46,396 bases of DNA from Planctomycetota bacterium (GTDB taxonomy: Bacteria; Planctomycetota; UBA8742; UBA2392). Location of the stretch: the NCBI GenBank assembly GCA_020847415.1, contig JADLBZ010000200.1:1-46396 (forward strand), given 5' to 3'. The notes beneath the pieces are model-generated. The model was not told the origin of the DNA, did not search any database, and saw only the letters and a list, made by a program, of their open reading frames with translations. The position numbers were made by a program, and so were the translations under genes. Below, one piece after another: positions 35,443 through 44,085 of the stretch (position 1 is its first letter; every line of letters starts with the position of its first letter).

Positions 35443-37358
35443 CCCAGCAGCAGCAGGGCCAGGATCCCCGCCCCGGTCCCGCCTGCGTTGCAGCCGCTGC
35501 CTCCACCGCCGCCTGCCGCGGCAGGGGTGCCGCCTGTCCCCGGGGGAACCGGCCCGCCGCCACCCCCACCGCCGCCGCCGGAGCCCGCGCCGGCAGGGCC
35601 ATAGGCCGGCTGGCTGCTGCCGCGCTCGCAGGCGCCCAGGTCCGGTGCGGCACCCGCGAAGCCATCGGTGATATTGGGCAGGGCCACGCCGGCGTCCACC
35701 GCGCTGTTGGTGCCTGCAGCCAGCGCGAGATTGGCGGAACCCACCCCATAGGCCGGGCCGAAGCCCGTGGCGAACGGGTACGACGTGCCGCTGCGGGTGG
35801 GCACCGGTGCGTTCACGAACACGCCGTGGGTCACCAGCAGGCCGTGGGTCTCCTGGCCGGTGGCGGTGCGGAAGGCCGCCAGGGTGGCGTAGGTGGTGCT
35901 GCCGATGCGCCCGAAGTTGGCCGCAGCAGGCGACTGATACCAGCCGTTGTAGTCCCAGTCGTAGCGGGCGGCGATGGTGTCAAAGGCGATGGCGCCGGCG
36001 TCGTTGCTGCCCACGAAGAGGTTGTTGCGAAACAACCCGTGGCGCCAATCGCCGCCGCCAAAGCCGCGTTCATCTGCGCCCACAAACGTGTTGTTGAACA
36101 CCTGCAGCCCCGTGGGCGTGTTCTTGGGCGTGGTGCCCAGGGGGTGAAACTTGAGCGGCTTGAGCTGGCAGTTGTAGACCACGTTGCGGGCGATGATGGC
36201 GGGGCCCGCCAGCAACGGCTGCGCCGAGATGCCGCAGAGCACGTTGGTGAAGCGGTTTGCCAGCACGCGCAGGTTGCAGCGCGAGCTGTCCAGCTCGATG
36301 CCGTCGTCGGTGATCTCGTGGCACTCGTTGCCGATGAAGTCGCAGCCGCTGGTGTCCACGGTGTTGTCGTTGCCGCCGAAGCCCGCGCTGTCCCACCAGT
36401 CGTAGAACTCGTTGAAGCGCACGACGTGGCCGCGACCCACCAGGGTGCAGGCGTAGGAGTCCTGGCCGCGGCCGCTGCTCCAGTCGGCGTTGCCCTGCAG
36501 GGTGTTCTCGCTGATGAAGGCGCTCTCATGGCCCGCCCCCTGCAGCAGGATTCCCCCGGCCTCTGAGGTGGGCGAGACCGCCGAGCAGTCAATGCGGCAA
36601 CGCCGCACCACCAGGCCGCGCGTGGCTGTGCCCGAGATGGCGGTGCGCAGCGGCTTGCGCACGGTCAGGTTCTCCAGGTGCACGTACTGCGTGCCGGGAA
36701 AGGCCAGCAACGGCTGCGCGGTGCCGGCGCCGTCCACAACAACGGTGGCAGCATCCACCCCGCGCCAGACGATGGGGTTGCTGCTGGTGCCGCTGACCGA
36801 GAACGAGAAGGTGCTTGCGTGGGTGTAGGTGCCCGCCGCCAGCAGGAACACATCGCCCGGTGCCGCCGCCGCCTGGGCAGCAGCGAGGCCCTTGAAGGGG
36901 TCGGCCTGGCTGCCCGTGCCTCCGCCGGAGCCGGGCATCACGTAGCGCGTGCGGGGCGCGGCAGGATCAGCCGGGACGGCGCGCGTGCGCAGGCTGCGCG
37001 TCTGGACGCTGCTGCCGCCGTCGGCGTCGGCAAGGCTCAGGCGGACCTCGTACTCGGTGTCGGGCGACAAGCCGATCACGCTTCCCGCCAGCAGGTTGCC
37101 GGGGTCAAAGTCGTTGCCGCTGGTGGCGGCGGGCTCGACCCGCAGCAACGGCAGGGCCGCCAGCCAGGTCGCGGAGCCGGCGACGCGGTACTCGACGCCG
37201 ACGGAGCAATCAAGGTCGGCATCGCCGGTGATGGCCCAGCGAAAGCCGAGGCAGTTGCAGGTGGGGATCTCGTCGGTGATGGCGCCCGGCGTGGTCGCGT
37301 TCTGGGCGCACAGCGGCAGGGCCAGGCTCACGGACAGCAGGAGCAGCAACAGGCGCAT
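35394..37358 (-). CDS. Exported Fn3 + right-handed beta-helix protein with Gly-rich linker and C-terminal Gly-Cys/TM sorting tag
   Basis: The ATG at 37358 follows AGGAGG. Signal peptide MRLLLLLLSVSLALPLCAQ. Fn3-like VEYRVAGS...TEYEVRLSL. Beta-helix-like ITDDGIELDSSRCNLRVLANRF. Tail GGGGGSGCNAGGTGAGILALLLLGY. Confidence 0.85.
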   Translation of the reverse strand: MRLLLLLLSVSLALPLCAQNATTPGAITDEIPTCNCLGFRWAITGDADLDCSVGVEYRVAGSATWLAALPLLRVEPAATSGNDFDPGNLLAGSVIGLSPDTEYEVRLSLADADGGSSVQTRSLRTRAVPADPAAPRTRYVMPGSGGGTGSQADPFKGLAAAQAAAAPGDVFLLAAGTYTHASTFSFSVSGTSSNPIVWRGVDAATVVVDGAGTAQPLLAFPGTQYVHLENLTVRKPLRTAISGTATRGLVVRRCRIDCSAVSPTSEAGGILLQGAGHESAFISENTLQGNADWSSGRGQDSYACTLVGRGHVVRFNEFYDWWDSAGFGGNDNTVDTSGCDFIGNECHEITDDGIELDSSRCNLRVLANRFTNVLCGISAQPLLAGPAIIARNVVYNCQLKPLKFHPLGTTPKNTPTGLQVFNNTFVGADERGFGGGDWRHGLFRNNLFVGSNDAGAIAFDTIAARYDWDYNGWYQSPAAANFGRIGSTTYATLAAFRTATGQETHGLLVTHGVFVNAPVPTRSGTSYPFATGFGPAYGVGSANLALAAGTNSAVDAGVALPNITDGFAGAAPDLGACERGSSQPAYGPAGAGSGGGGGGGGGPVPPGTGGTPAAAGGGGGSGCNAGGTGAGILALLLLGYAFSAQLLKQAKPRA

Positions 37359-37524
37359 GGTGATTCCTCCTGCCGCATTGAATGCCGGGCAGGAGTGCAG
37401 GGCAGCCTGTGCGCGACACCTTGGCAACCGGAAGCGAAAGCGGGCACTGCGCCCCGCCCGCTTCTGGAATGCGGCAGATGCTCGGCCAAAGCGCAGCCAT
37501 CCCGGAAACGGTGGCCGGCAGCAC

Positions 37525-37554
37525 CACAGGGCCCGGCGTTCGCCGGGCCCTGTG
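37525..37554 (-). terminator. GC hairpin after the ECF-fusion gene
   Basis: 14-nt arms CACAGGGCCCGGCG / CGCCGGGCCCTGTG. The T-tail is weak. Confidence 0.45.
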
Positions 37555-37575
37555 CTTGCATGGAGCCCACTTGGG

Positions 37576-40500
37576 CTAGCGAAGTTCCAGCTTCGCGCGT
37601 TCTCCCTCTTTCAGGGTAATCTCACCGCTGATTGGCTCGTGGCCCATCACGTCCACCACGATCCGCAACGTGCCCGCGGGCAGGGGACCGATCTCGCGGC
37701 CGTCCGGCGAGGGCTCGCCCTTACCCTCCAACAGTGCAGCCAGGCGGCCGTGCGGGCGGTACTCCACCCCATCCGCACCGAACACCCGCACGCTCGCGGA
37801 TTCCAGCTCGGCCCGGGGCAGGCCCTCCACCACCAGCACCGCGCGGGCCGCGGGAGTCACAGGCATTTCCAGCGACGCCTGGTTGCCCGAAACCTCTACC
37901 TCCGCGACCGTGGGTACCAGCAGCGGCCCGCCAACCTCCACGCGGTAGCGACCTGTCGAAAGGCCCTCAAACACGAGTTGCGCGTCCTTGCGCAGGAGCT
38001 GCGGCTGTGAGGCCAGGGCGATGTTGCTGCCCGCCGCGAACAAGCGAGCCATCATGACCAACTGCGGCTTGCGGGCTTCTGCATTCTCGAACATGGAGGC
38101 AGGCATGCCCTTCAAGGCCACCTTCAACGTGCTGCCGCCCGGCTCCAGGGCCAGTGTCACGGCCCGGTCCCGTGCCGTGTCCACGGTGATGCCGACTGTC
38201 GCACGGCCCGGTGCGGTAGCCACCAGGGCGTACTTGCCGCGCGGCATGCCCTTGAATACCTGGGTGCTGCCCTCGCCCTCAAGGCGCCGGGGCTCCATCA
38301 TGGGCTCCAATGGGTCCGGGCCGAAAGGATACTCCAGCACCGGCAGCACGTTCAGCCGCACGGTCTTCAGGTCCAGGCCCTCGCCCTTGATCGTGACCGC
38401 CAGCTCGTCGCACACCAGTGTGCGCTCCAGGACTTCGACGCCGTCCCAGCCGCTGAAGCGGACCTCGTGCCGGACCGCCCCGCTGCTGCCCCTGGGCATG
38501 ATCCACGCGTAGTAGTCGCCCGGCGCAATGCCGGAGATCTCGAAGCAGCCCTGTTCGTCCACGTTGCCGCGGTGCATCGCGTCCGAAGCGCCGGTACCCA
38601 TCAGGAACACGCCCTTGATTTTCAGGTCCGGGCAGGTGATGCAGCCCTTGAACACGTTGCCGGGAGCACGCTGCGAGTAGTCAATGTCCAGGGTTGCGGC
38701 CTGGCCCTCTGCCACTTCCACGCGGCGCTTTTCCTTCAGTGCGGGCGACGGCGTGTCGAGGTTCTTGATCAGCACCACATACGAGCCGGGCTCGATGCCT
38801 TCAAACAGATAGCGCCCTTCGGAGTCCGTCTTGCCGCTCTTCACGTGACGAAGTTCCGGGGTGCCGAGGAAGACCGACGCGTCGGCCATGGGCTTGCCGT
38901 CCGGCCCGGTTACGAGGCCGGAGATCGAGGTTCCGCCCAGGTTCAGGCGCACCACCAGGGGCTCATCGGCCACCAGCACAGAAACGCGCGCAGAGCCCTT
39001 TTCGTGGGAAGCGATCAACACGTAGCTGCCGGGGGCGACGCGCTCGAAGCGGATCTCGCCGGTCGCGGAAGGCTCCGGGCCGTAGCCGGCGTAGCGGGTC
39101 AGCTCGGGGTTCTCGGCATCGGCGGCGTAGAACAGCATGGCGCCCACTCCCTGCACCAGGGTCGCGCCGGAGCCGTCGTGCACCGTGCAAGTCACTGTGC
39201 TTCCCTTGTGCAGCACCAGCCGCAAGTCGGTCTGGTCGGCCGCAGCAGCCTCCACCTTCACCCGGCACTCGGCCAGGCCGGGAGCGCGGGCCACCAGGTC
39301 GGCAGGGTCGCCAGGGGCCACCGTGAACTCAAACCGGCCGAGTTCGTTGCATGCCAGGTACAGGCTGGTCTCGCTGGCACCCTTGTGATCGGGGGTCTCG
39401 CGCAGGCGCACCATGGCCCCCGCCAGAGGCTTGCCGCTCGCGTCCACCACCTGCCCGCCCACGCGGCGGCCGGCCGCCAGCTTGATGGTGCCGAGGTCCG
39501 TGCAGCCGTTGCCGGAAGGGACGGCAATCTCTACGGGCCGGAAGCGCGGGTGCCGCATGCGCAACTGGACCGGCGACTCCTCAGCCTTGTTCAGGTTCAC
39601 TGTGTGGCGGCCCTGCTCGTCCAGCTCGGTCGTCATGCCGCCACCCCAGCGGGTGTTGCCGGCGATGACGGTGATGTACCCGGGCAGTTCTTCCTGCAGG
39701 GGCGGGTCGGTGCTGAACACGACGTAACGGCCCAGCGACTCCATGACCAGCAGAGGCTTATGGCCGGCGCGAAGGGGCATCGCGGCGTCCTTGCCGCTGA
39801 CGTAGCCCGACTTGCTGGCCACCAGCGGAACCAGGCTGCCCGCGGCGTCCTTCTTCACGGCAGCGACCAGGACGAACTTGCCCGTAGCGTCGCTTACCGT
39901 GCTTTCCGGCGCGCGAGCCAACGGGATGCACTCCGCCGCGTCAATCGGCGGCGCATCTATGCCCGAGGCCGGCAGTGCAAACGGCCCAATGGCGCCCACT
40001 TCAGGAGTACCCACCCCAAACGACCCCAACATGCCGAATCGAAAACCGACGGGCTTCTCCGGCCCGACCTTGGCCACTACAACTCGGGCGCCCGCCACGG
40101 GCTTGCGGTCCTGGTCTACGACCGTCCCTTCAATGCGCAGTTCGCGCTCATCCGCGGCCGGCACAGAGCCGGCGCCGGCCGAGACTGAGTTGCCGTTGTT
40201 TCCGGCAGGGGTGCCCGCAGCCTGGTTGCCCTGGTTGGCGCGGTTCCCGGCCGCCTGCGTGTTCCCGGCAGCGCCGCTCTTGCGGCTGTTGGCCGGCTGG
40301 TTGTCCTGCGCGAGCGCAATCGGCCTTGTGTCACCGGCTGCCGGCGGTTCCAGCATCTTCCACGCCACCAGGCCGCCTCCTGCTACCAGGACCGCCAGCA
40401 ACGCCAGCATGAGCGCGATGTTGCCGCCTGTTTTGGTGCCAATACTTGCCATGATTGCTGCCTCCATTGTCCGTAACACGTTTTCCGGGACCTCCTGCCG

Positions 40501-41076
40501 GGCGGCGCCGGCCTGCAGGGCGGTCTCCAGGTCCACGGGGGCCGGCACCGTTGCCAGGCCGCCCGCCAGAAGCGTTTCTCTCAGTCGTTCCAGGGCCGTG
40601 CGCTGGCGCGTCTTGACCGTGCCTTCGGGTATGCCCAGCGCGTGTGCCGTTTCTGTGGCGGTAAAACCCTGGGCAAAGCGCAGCAGCACTACTTCGCGCA
40701 GGTCGTGCGGCAGCGCACTGGCGGCCTCAAAGGCCGCGGCAGCCAGTTCGTTGCTGGGGTTGGCCGTCATGGCGGACTCGGCGGCTTGGGCCTCGCGCTC
40801 GCGGCGGAGTTGCCGGTCGCGCTTCACATCGCGGGCCAGGTTGGTGAGCACGCGAAATGCCAGGGTGCGCAGCTCGCCCGCTTCGGCCAGCGACTTGCGC
40901 GACCGGTGCAGGCGAATGAACGCCTGCTGCACGGCATCCTGGGCATCGCCCGGGTCGCCCAGGAGACTGCGGGCATAGCGGTACATTCCGGGGCTCTCTT
41001 CTCGCACGAACCGGTGCCAGGCGTACTGGTCGCCGTTTCGAAGCCCCTCGCGCAATGGTGCGGTGCTGGTTGACAT
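37576..41076 (-). CDS. ECF sigma factor fused via one TM helix to about 900 aa of CarboxypepD_reg-like repeats
   Basis: The ATG at 41076 lies 6 nt after GGGAGG. Region 2 DAQDAVQQAFIRLHRS. Region 4 LREVVLLRFAQGFTATETAHALGIPEGTVKTRQRTALERLR. TM IALMLALLAVLVAGGGLVAW. N/Q/G-rich linker. Repeats such as IEGTVVDQDRKPVAGARVVV, VGGQVVDASGKPLAGAMVRL and ISGLVTGPDGKPMADASVFL. Confidence 0.85.
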   Translation of the reverse strand: MSTSTAPLREGLRNGDQYAWHRFVREESPGMYRYARSLLGDPGDAQDAVQQAFIRLHRSRKSLAEAGELRTLAFRVLTNLARDVKRDRQLRREREAQAAESAMTANPSNELAAAAFEAASALPHDLREVVLLRFAQGFTATETAHALGIPEGTVKTRQRTALERLRETLLAGGLATVPAPVDLETALQAGAARQEVPENVLRTMEAAIMASIGTKTGGNIALMLALLAVLVAGGGLVAWKMLEPPAAGDTRPIALAQDNQPANSRKSGAAGNTQAAGNRANQGNQAAGTPAGNNGNSVSAGAGSVPAADERELRIEGTVVDQDRKPVAGARVVVAKVGPEKPVGFRFGMLGSFGVGTPEVGAIGPFALPASGIDAPPIDAAECIPLARAPESTVSDATGKFVLVAAVKKDAAGSLVPLVASKSGYVSGKDAAMPLRAGHKPLLVMESLGRYVVFSTDPPLQEELPGYITVIAGNTRWGGGMTTELDEQGRHTVNLNKAEESPVQLRMRHPRFRPVEIAVPSGNGCTDLGTIKLAAGRRVGGQVVDASGKPLAGAMVRLRETPDHKGASETSLYLACNELGRFEFTVAPGDPADLVARAPGLAECRVKVEAAAADQTDLRLVLHKGSTVTCTVHDGSGATLVQGVGAMLFYAADAENPELTRYAGYGPEPSATGEIRFERVAPGSYVLIASHEKGSARVSVLVADEPLVVRLNLGGTSISGLVTGPDGKPMADASVFLGTPELRHVKSGKTDSEGRYLFEGIEPGSYVVLIKNLDTPSPALKEKRRVEVAEGQAATLDIDYSQRAPGNVFKGCITCPDLKIKGVFLMGTGASDAMHRGNVDEQGCFEISGIAPGDYYAWIMPRGSSGAVRHEVRFSGWDGVEVLERTLVCDELAVTIKGEGLDLKTVRLNVLPVLEYPFGPDPLEPMMEPRRLEGEGSTQVFKGMPRGKYALVATAPGRATVGITVDTARDRAVTLALEPGGSTLKVALKGMPASMFENAEARKPQLVMMARLFAAGSNIALASQPQLLRKDAQLVFEGLSTGRYRVEVGGPLLVPTVAEVEVSGNQASLEMPVTPAARAVLVVEGLPRAELESASVRVFGADGVEYRPHGRLAALLEGKGEPSPDGREIGPLPAGTLRIVVDVMGHEPISGEITLKEGERAKLELR

Positions 41077-41194
41077 GGTTGGCCTCCCGGGGCGCATTAT
41101 GCCCCGGACGCCAGCTACACGCGGCCCGCACTGGTTTCGATTTGGGAATCCGGACAAATCTTCGCGCCAGGTCCGGGGCCCGCAAACAACGCAA

Positions 41195-41218
41195 AGGGCC
41201 CGGCTTTCGCCGGGCCCT
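41195..41218 (-). terminator. Rho-independent terminator candidate after the coiled-coil gene
   Basis: The minus strand reads AGGGCCCGGC-GAAA-GCCGGGCCCT followed by TTGCGTTGTTTGCG. Confidence 0.6.
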
Positions 41219-41248
41219 GGTGCAGCGGGAGAGCTCGCTGCGGGGGGG

Positions 41249-42136
41249 TTACTTCACCGAGAAGGCGCCTTCCTTCTCGGCGGGTGCCGCGGCCGGGGCC
41301 TGGGCGGCCTCTCTGGCCTGCTGCTTGCGCTGCAGCTCCAGCAGCTTGGCGCGGGTTTCGTCGTCCAGGTCCTTGGGCGCCACACGCGAGGCCTTCAGGC
41401 GCTCTTCCTGCTCGATGCGGGCGCGCTCGACCGCACCCTTGACCTGCGTCAGCGTGTTCATGGCCTCGCCGTGCTCGCGGCTGGTGCAGCCGGCGCGGGT
41501 CTGGGCCAGCTCCAGCATTTCCTCGTTGCGCTTCAGGCGCTCGATTTCGCGCAGCAGGCTCTGGTACTCGGCTTCAAACTCGGCCTGCTCGGCCTCGATG
41601 GCGGCCAGTTCCACGCCGAGCTGCTCCTTCTCGGCGCCCAGCACGGCGCGCTCGGCCTCAATGTCCTGCAGGCGGGTGCTGTACAGCTCGCGGGTCTGGC
41701 CGATGCGGGCCACCAGCTTGTCGGCCTCGGCGGCTGAGTAGCGGCTGCCGCGGTGCTCAATCACGCGTTCCGTGCCGACGCCCGCGGCCACGGTGTCGCG
41801 CTGGTCCTCCAGGTAGCAGATGTCTTCTTCACACAGCCGCACGATGTCGGCGGCGCGGCCGGCTTCCGTGTCCAGGGTGGCAAGCTGGCGTTCCACCTCG
41901 CGGGCCTGGCTCTTCAGCACGGCAATCTGCTTGGGGTAGGTCTCGCGCAGCTTGGCGAGTTCCTCTTTCATGTCGTTCTGCTTGCGGATCAGCTCGTCAA
42001 CCTCGCCCTGGGCCATCTTCTGCAGGGCCTTGGCGGCGTCCTTGGTGCGCTGCTTGCCCAGCACGGCATGGGTCAGCGCGATCACGCCGACGCTGCACAG
42101 GCCGACGATCACGACAGTCTTGATGAAGCGTTTCAT
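41249..42136 (-). CDS. Membrane-anchored coiled-coil protein (295 aa)
   Basis: GGAGAG lies upstream of the ATG. N-terminal TM IKTVVIVGLCSVGVIAL. The remainder is long and heptad-like, rich in E/K/R/L/A. Confidence 0.75.
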   Translation of the reverse strand: MKRFIKTVVIVGLCSVGVIALTHAVLGKQRTKDAAKALQKMAQGEVDELIRKQNDMKEELAKLRETYPKQIAVLKSQAREVERQLATLDTEAGRAADIVRLCEEDICYLEDQRDTVAAGVGTERVIEHRGSRYSAAEADKLVARIGQTRELYSTRLQDIEAERAVLGAEKEQLGVELAAIEAEQAEFEAEYQSLLREIERLKRNEEMLELAQTRAGCTSREHGEAMNTLTQVKGAVERARIEQEERLKASRVAPKDLDDETRAKLLELQRKQQAREAAQAPAAAPAEKEGAFSVK

Positions 42137-42191
42137 GGGTTCTCTCCGGGTATGCGCGATGGTTGTCCTGCCATGGTTAGGGGTGCTTTGC

Positions 42192-42221
42192 CGGAAATTT
42201 CAGACTGGGCACGAAATTCCG
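42192..42221. promoter_or_regulatory. Inverted repeat in the divergent promoter region (operator candidate)
   Basis: CGGAAATTTC (42192-42201) and GAAATTCCG (42213-42221) are separated by 11 nt. They share the GGAAT/ATTCC core with 33889-33933. Confidence 0.4.
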
Positions 42222-42262
42222 CCGCTCTGGCCTCGCGGCTGCACTGCGGCATACTGGGAGCC

Positions 42263-43750
42263 ATGGCCAAAGAACCACCCGAAGCCGCGTTGCGCCAACG
42301 GCTGGCGTTTCTTGCTGACCGCTTCGGCCAGGCTGCTATCGCGCGCAAGACGGGCACCACCCGCAGCAACGTGCATCGTTACCTGCGCGGCACACAGGTT
42401 CCTGCCTGGTTTTGCACGGCCCTGTGCGATGCGTTTGCCGTCTCTCCCGCCTGGCTGCTGCAAGGCACGGGCAACCCATTGCGCACCGCCCTGCAACCCG
42501 GCACCGCGGACGCGGCCGACACGCTGCTGGAGCTGAACCAGGCCATGGATGCCGTGGCGCGGCTGCAACTGGGGGCGTTGGGCGGCGACCTGGACGCCCG
42601 CCGTGTGCGCGAGTTGCAGGATGCCGCGGCAGCCTCCGGGCGCCTCCGCAAACGTGTGTCGGATGCCGCCGGGCGCGCCCTTTCCGGGCTGGCCGGCCAG
42701 GTGGCCGACGCCATTCGCTCGGGTGCCATCACGCGCGCGCGCGGCCTGGTCAAGACAGGCGAACTGGTGGCGACCCTGGCGCCGGATTCGGACGAGTACC
42801 TGGACTTCCGCTACCTGGCCGCCGCCGTGGAGAATCTCAGCGGCAACGCCGTGCGGGCCCGCAATGAGGTGCGCCGTGTGCTGGTAGCCCTGGTGGCGGC
42901 GGGCCGAAACATTGACCGCGCTGTGCTGGTGCGGGTCTCGGCGCTTGCCTCCACAGCCTACAACCTGGGAGACATGGCCACCGCCCGCACCATCGCCGTG
43001 CTGGTGGCCGACCTGTGCGGGGAGGACCCCCTGCAGTCGCCCTTTGCCGCGAAGATCCAGGTGCTGCTCTCGGACATTGACGCGACCGAGGGCCGTATGG
43101 CCCAGTCCATGCAGACGCTCTCGCGCTATTACCCCTGCGCGTCACGCGAGTTCGCCGAGCAATGCGGCGCCAGCATGGTGCTGAACAGCTACTTCTGCGG
43201 CATTGCGGACTTCGACGGCGTGAGCCGGATAGCGGAAATGGGCGCGGGCAAGGCCTCTGCACTGATGCGCATAGCCGTGTGGGAGGAAGAGCCGGCCCAT
43301 CTCGCCGCCGTGCTGGAGGGCCCGCGGCGTTTTGAGGGCTGGCCCGAGCAAGGCGCGCACCGAACCCTGCAGCGCATGCAGGCGGCGGCTTCGGCTCTGC
43401 AGGCCGCGCTGGCGGGCAAGTACCGCGCGGCGGCGCTGCGTCGCGTGCTTGGCGAGTTACCCGGCAGCCCGCTGCAAAGCCTGCGCGACGACATCCTGTG
43501 CCTGCAGGTGGAACAGCGCGCGGGAGCTGCCGTGGCCGCCAGGCGCGTGGGCGGCCTGTGGGAACAGGTTGCAGCCTTGAAGCCGCTGGTCCTGGGGCAC
43601 CTGTGGGAGGCCACGCTGCATCGCGTGGCCCTGCGAGCCCCCCGGCAGAAGGCCTGGAATGCCCTGCGCGCGAGAGCGCTGGAGTTCTTTGCCCGCGCCG
43701 TAAGCAACGGTTCCGCGCGCTTTGCCGCCCTCGCTGCCGGGCAGCCCTAG
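42263..43750 (+). CDS. XRE/Cro-type HTH regulator (495 aa), paralog of 33955..35442
   Basis: Internal ATG at 42263 of track ORF 41753..43750. HTH QAAIARKTGTTRSNVHRYLRGTQVPAWFCTALCDAFAVSPAWLLQGTG aligns position for position with the paralog. Both proteins are the same length. Confidence 0.8.
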   Translation: MAKEPPEAALRQRLAFLADRFGQAAIARKTGTTRSNVHRYLRGTQVPAWFCTALCDAFAVSPAWLLQGTGNPLRTALQPGTADAADTLLELNQAMDAVARLQLGALGGDLDARRVRELQDAAAASGRLRKRVSDAAGRALSGLAGQVADAIRSGAITRARGLVKTGELVATLAPDSDEYLDFRYLAAAVENLSGNAVRARNEVRRVLVALVAAGRNIDRAVLVRVSALASTAYNLGDMATARTIAVLVADLCGEDPLQSPFAAKIQVLLSDIDATEGRMAQSMQTLSRYYPCASREFAEQCGASMVLNSYFCGIADFDGVSRIAEMGAGKASALMRIAVWEEEPAHLAAVLEGPRRFEGWPEQGAHRTLQRMQAAASALQAALAGKYRAAALRRVLGELPGSPLQSLRDDILCLQVEQRAGAAVAARRVGGLWEQVAALKPLVLGHLWEATLHRVALRAPRQKAWNALRARALEFFARAVSNGSARFAALAAGQP

Positions 43751-44085
43751 CCGGCCTGGTTCATCTCTGATCCGTCATCTCCGGCTCGCCTCGTTGCAAA
43801 TCCGTGACGCCCGGCGGGTTGTCTCCCAGCCGTAACACACGGCGGCTTGTGCATTTCTCCCGCGTGCTGCCGGAGTGCTATCACCGCCCTTGGTCGAGGT
43901 GTCCTCCGGTGGGTTGAGGTGCTCTTGCGGCTGCCGGTCCAGGGCAGGCGCAGCAGCGCAGGCTGCAACCGGGATGGCGGGTGAATGCCGACGGGTGTCG
44001 TGCTCATCGCGGAACTCTTTCAGGCGCCCTGCGGGCGGCTGAAGTTTTGTCCTCGACGGTGACTGGTCGTAAGAAGGAGTACACC

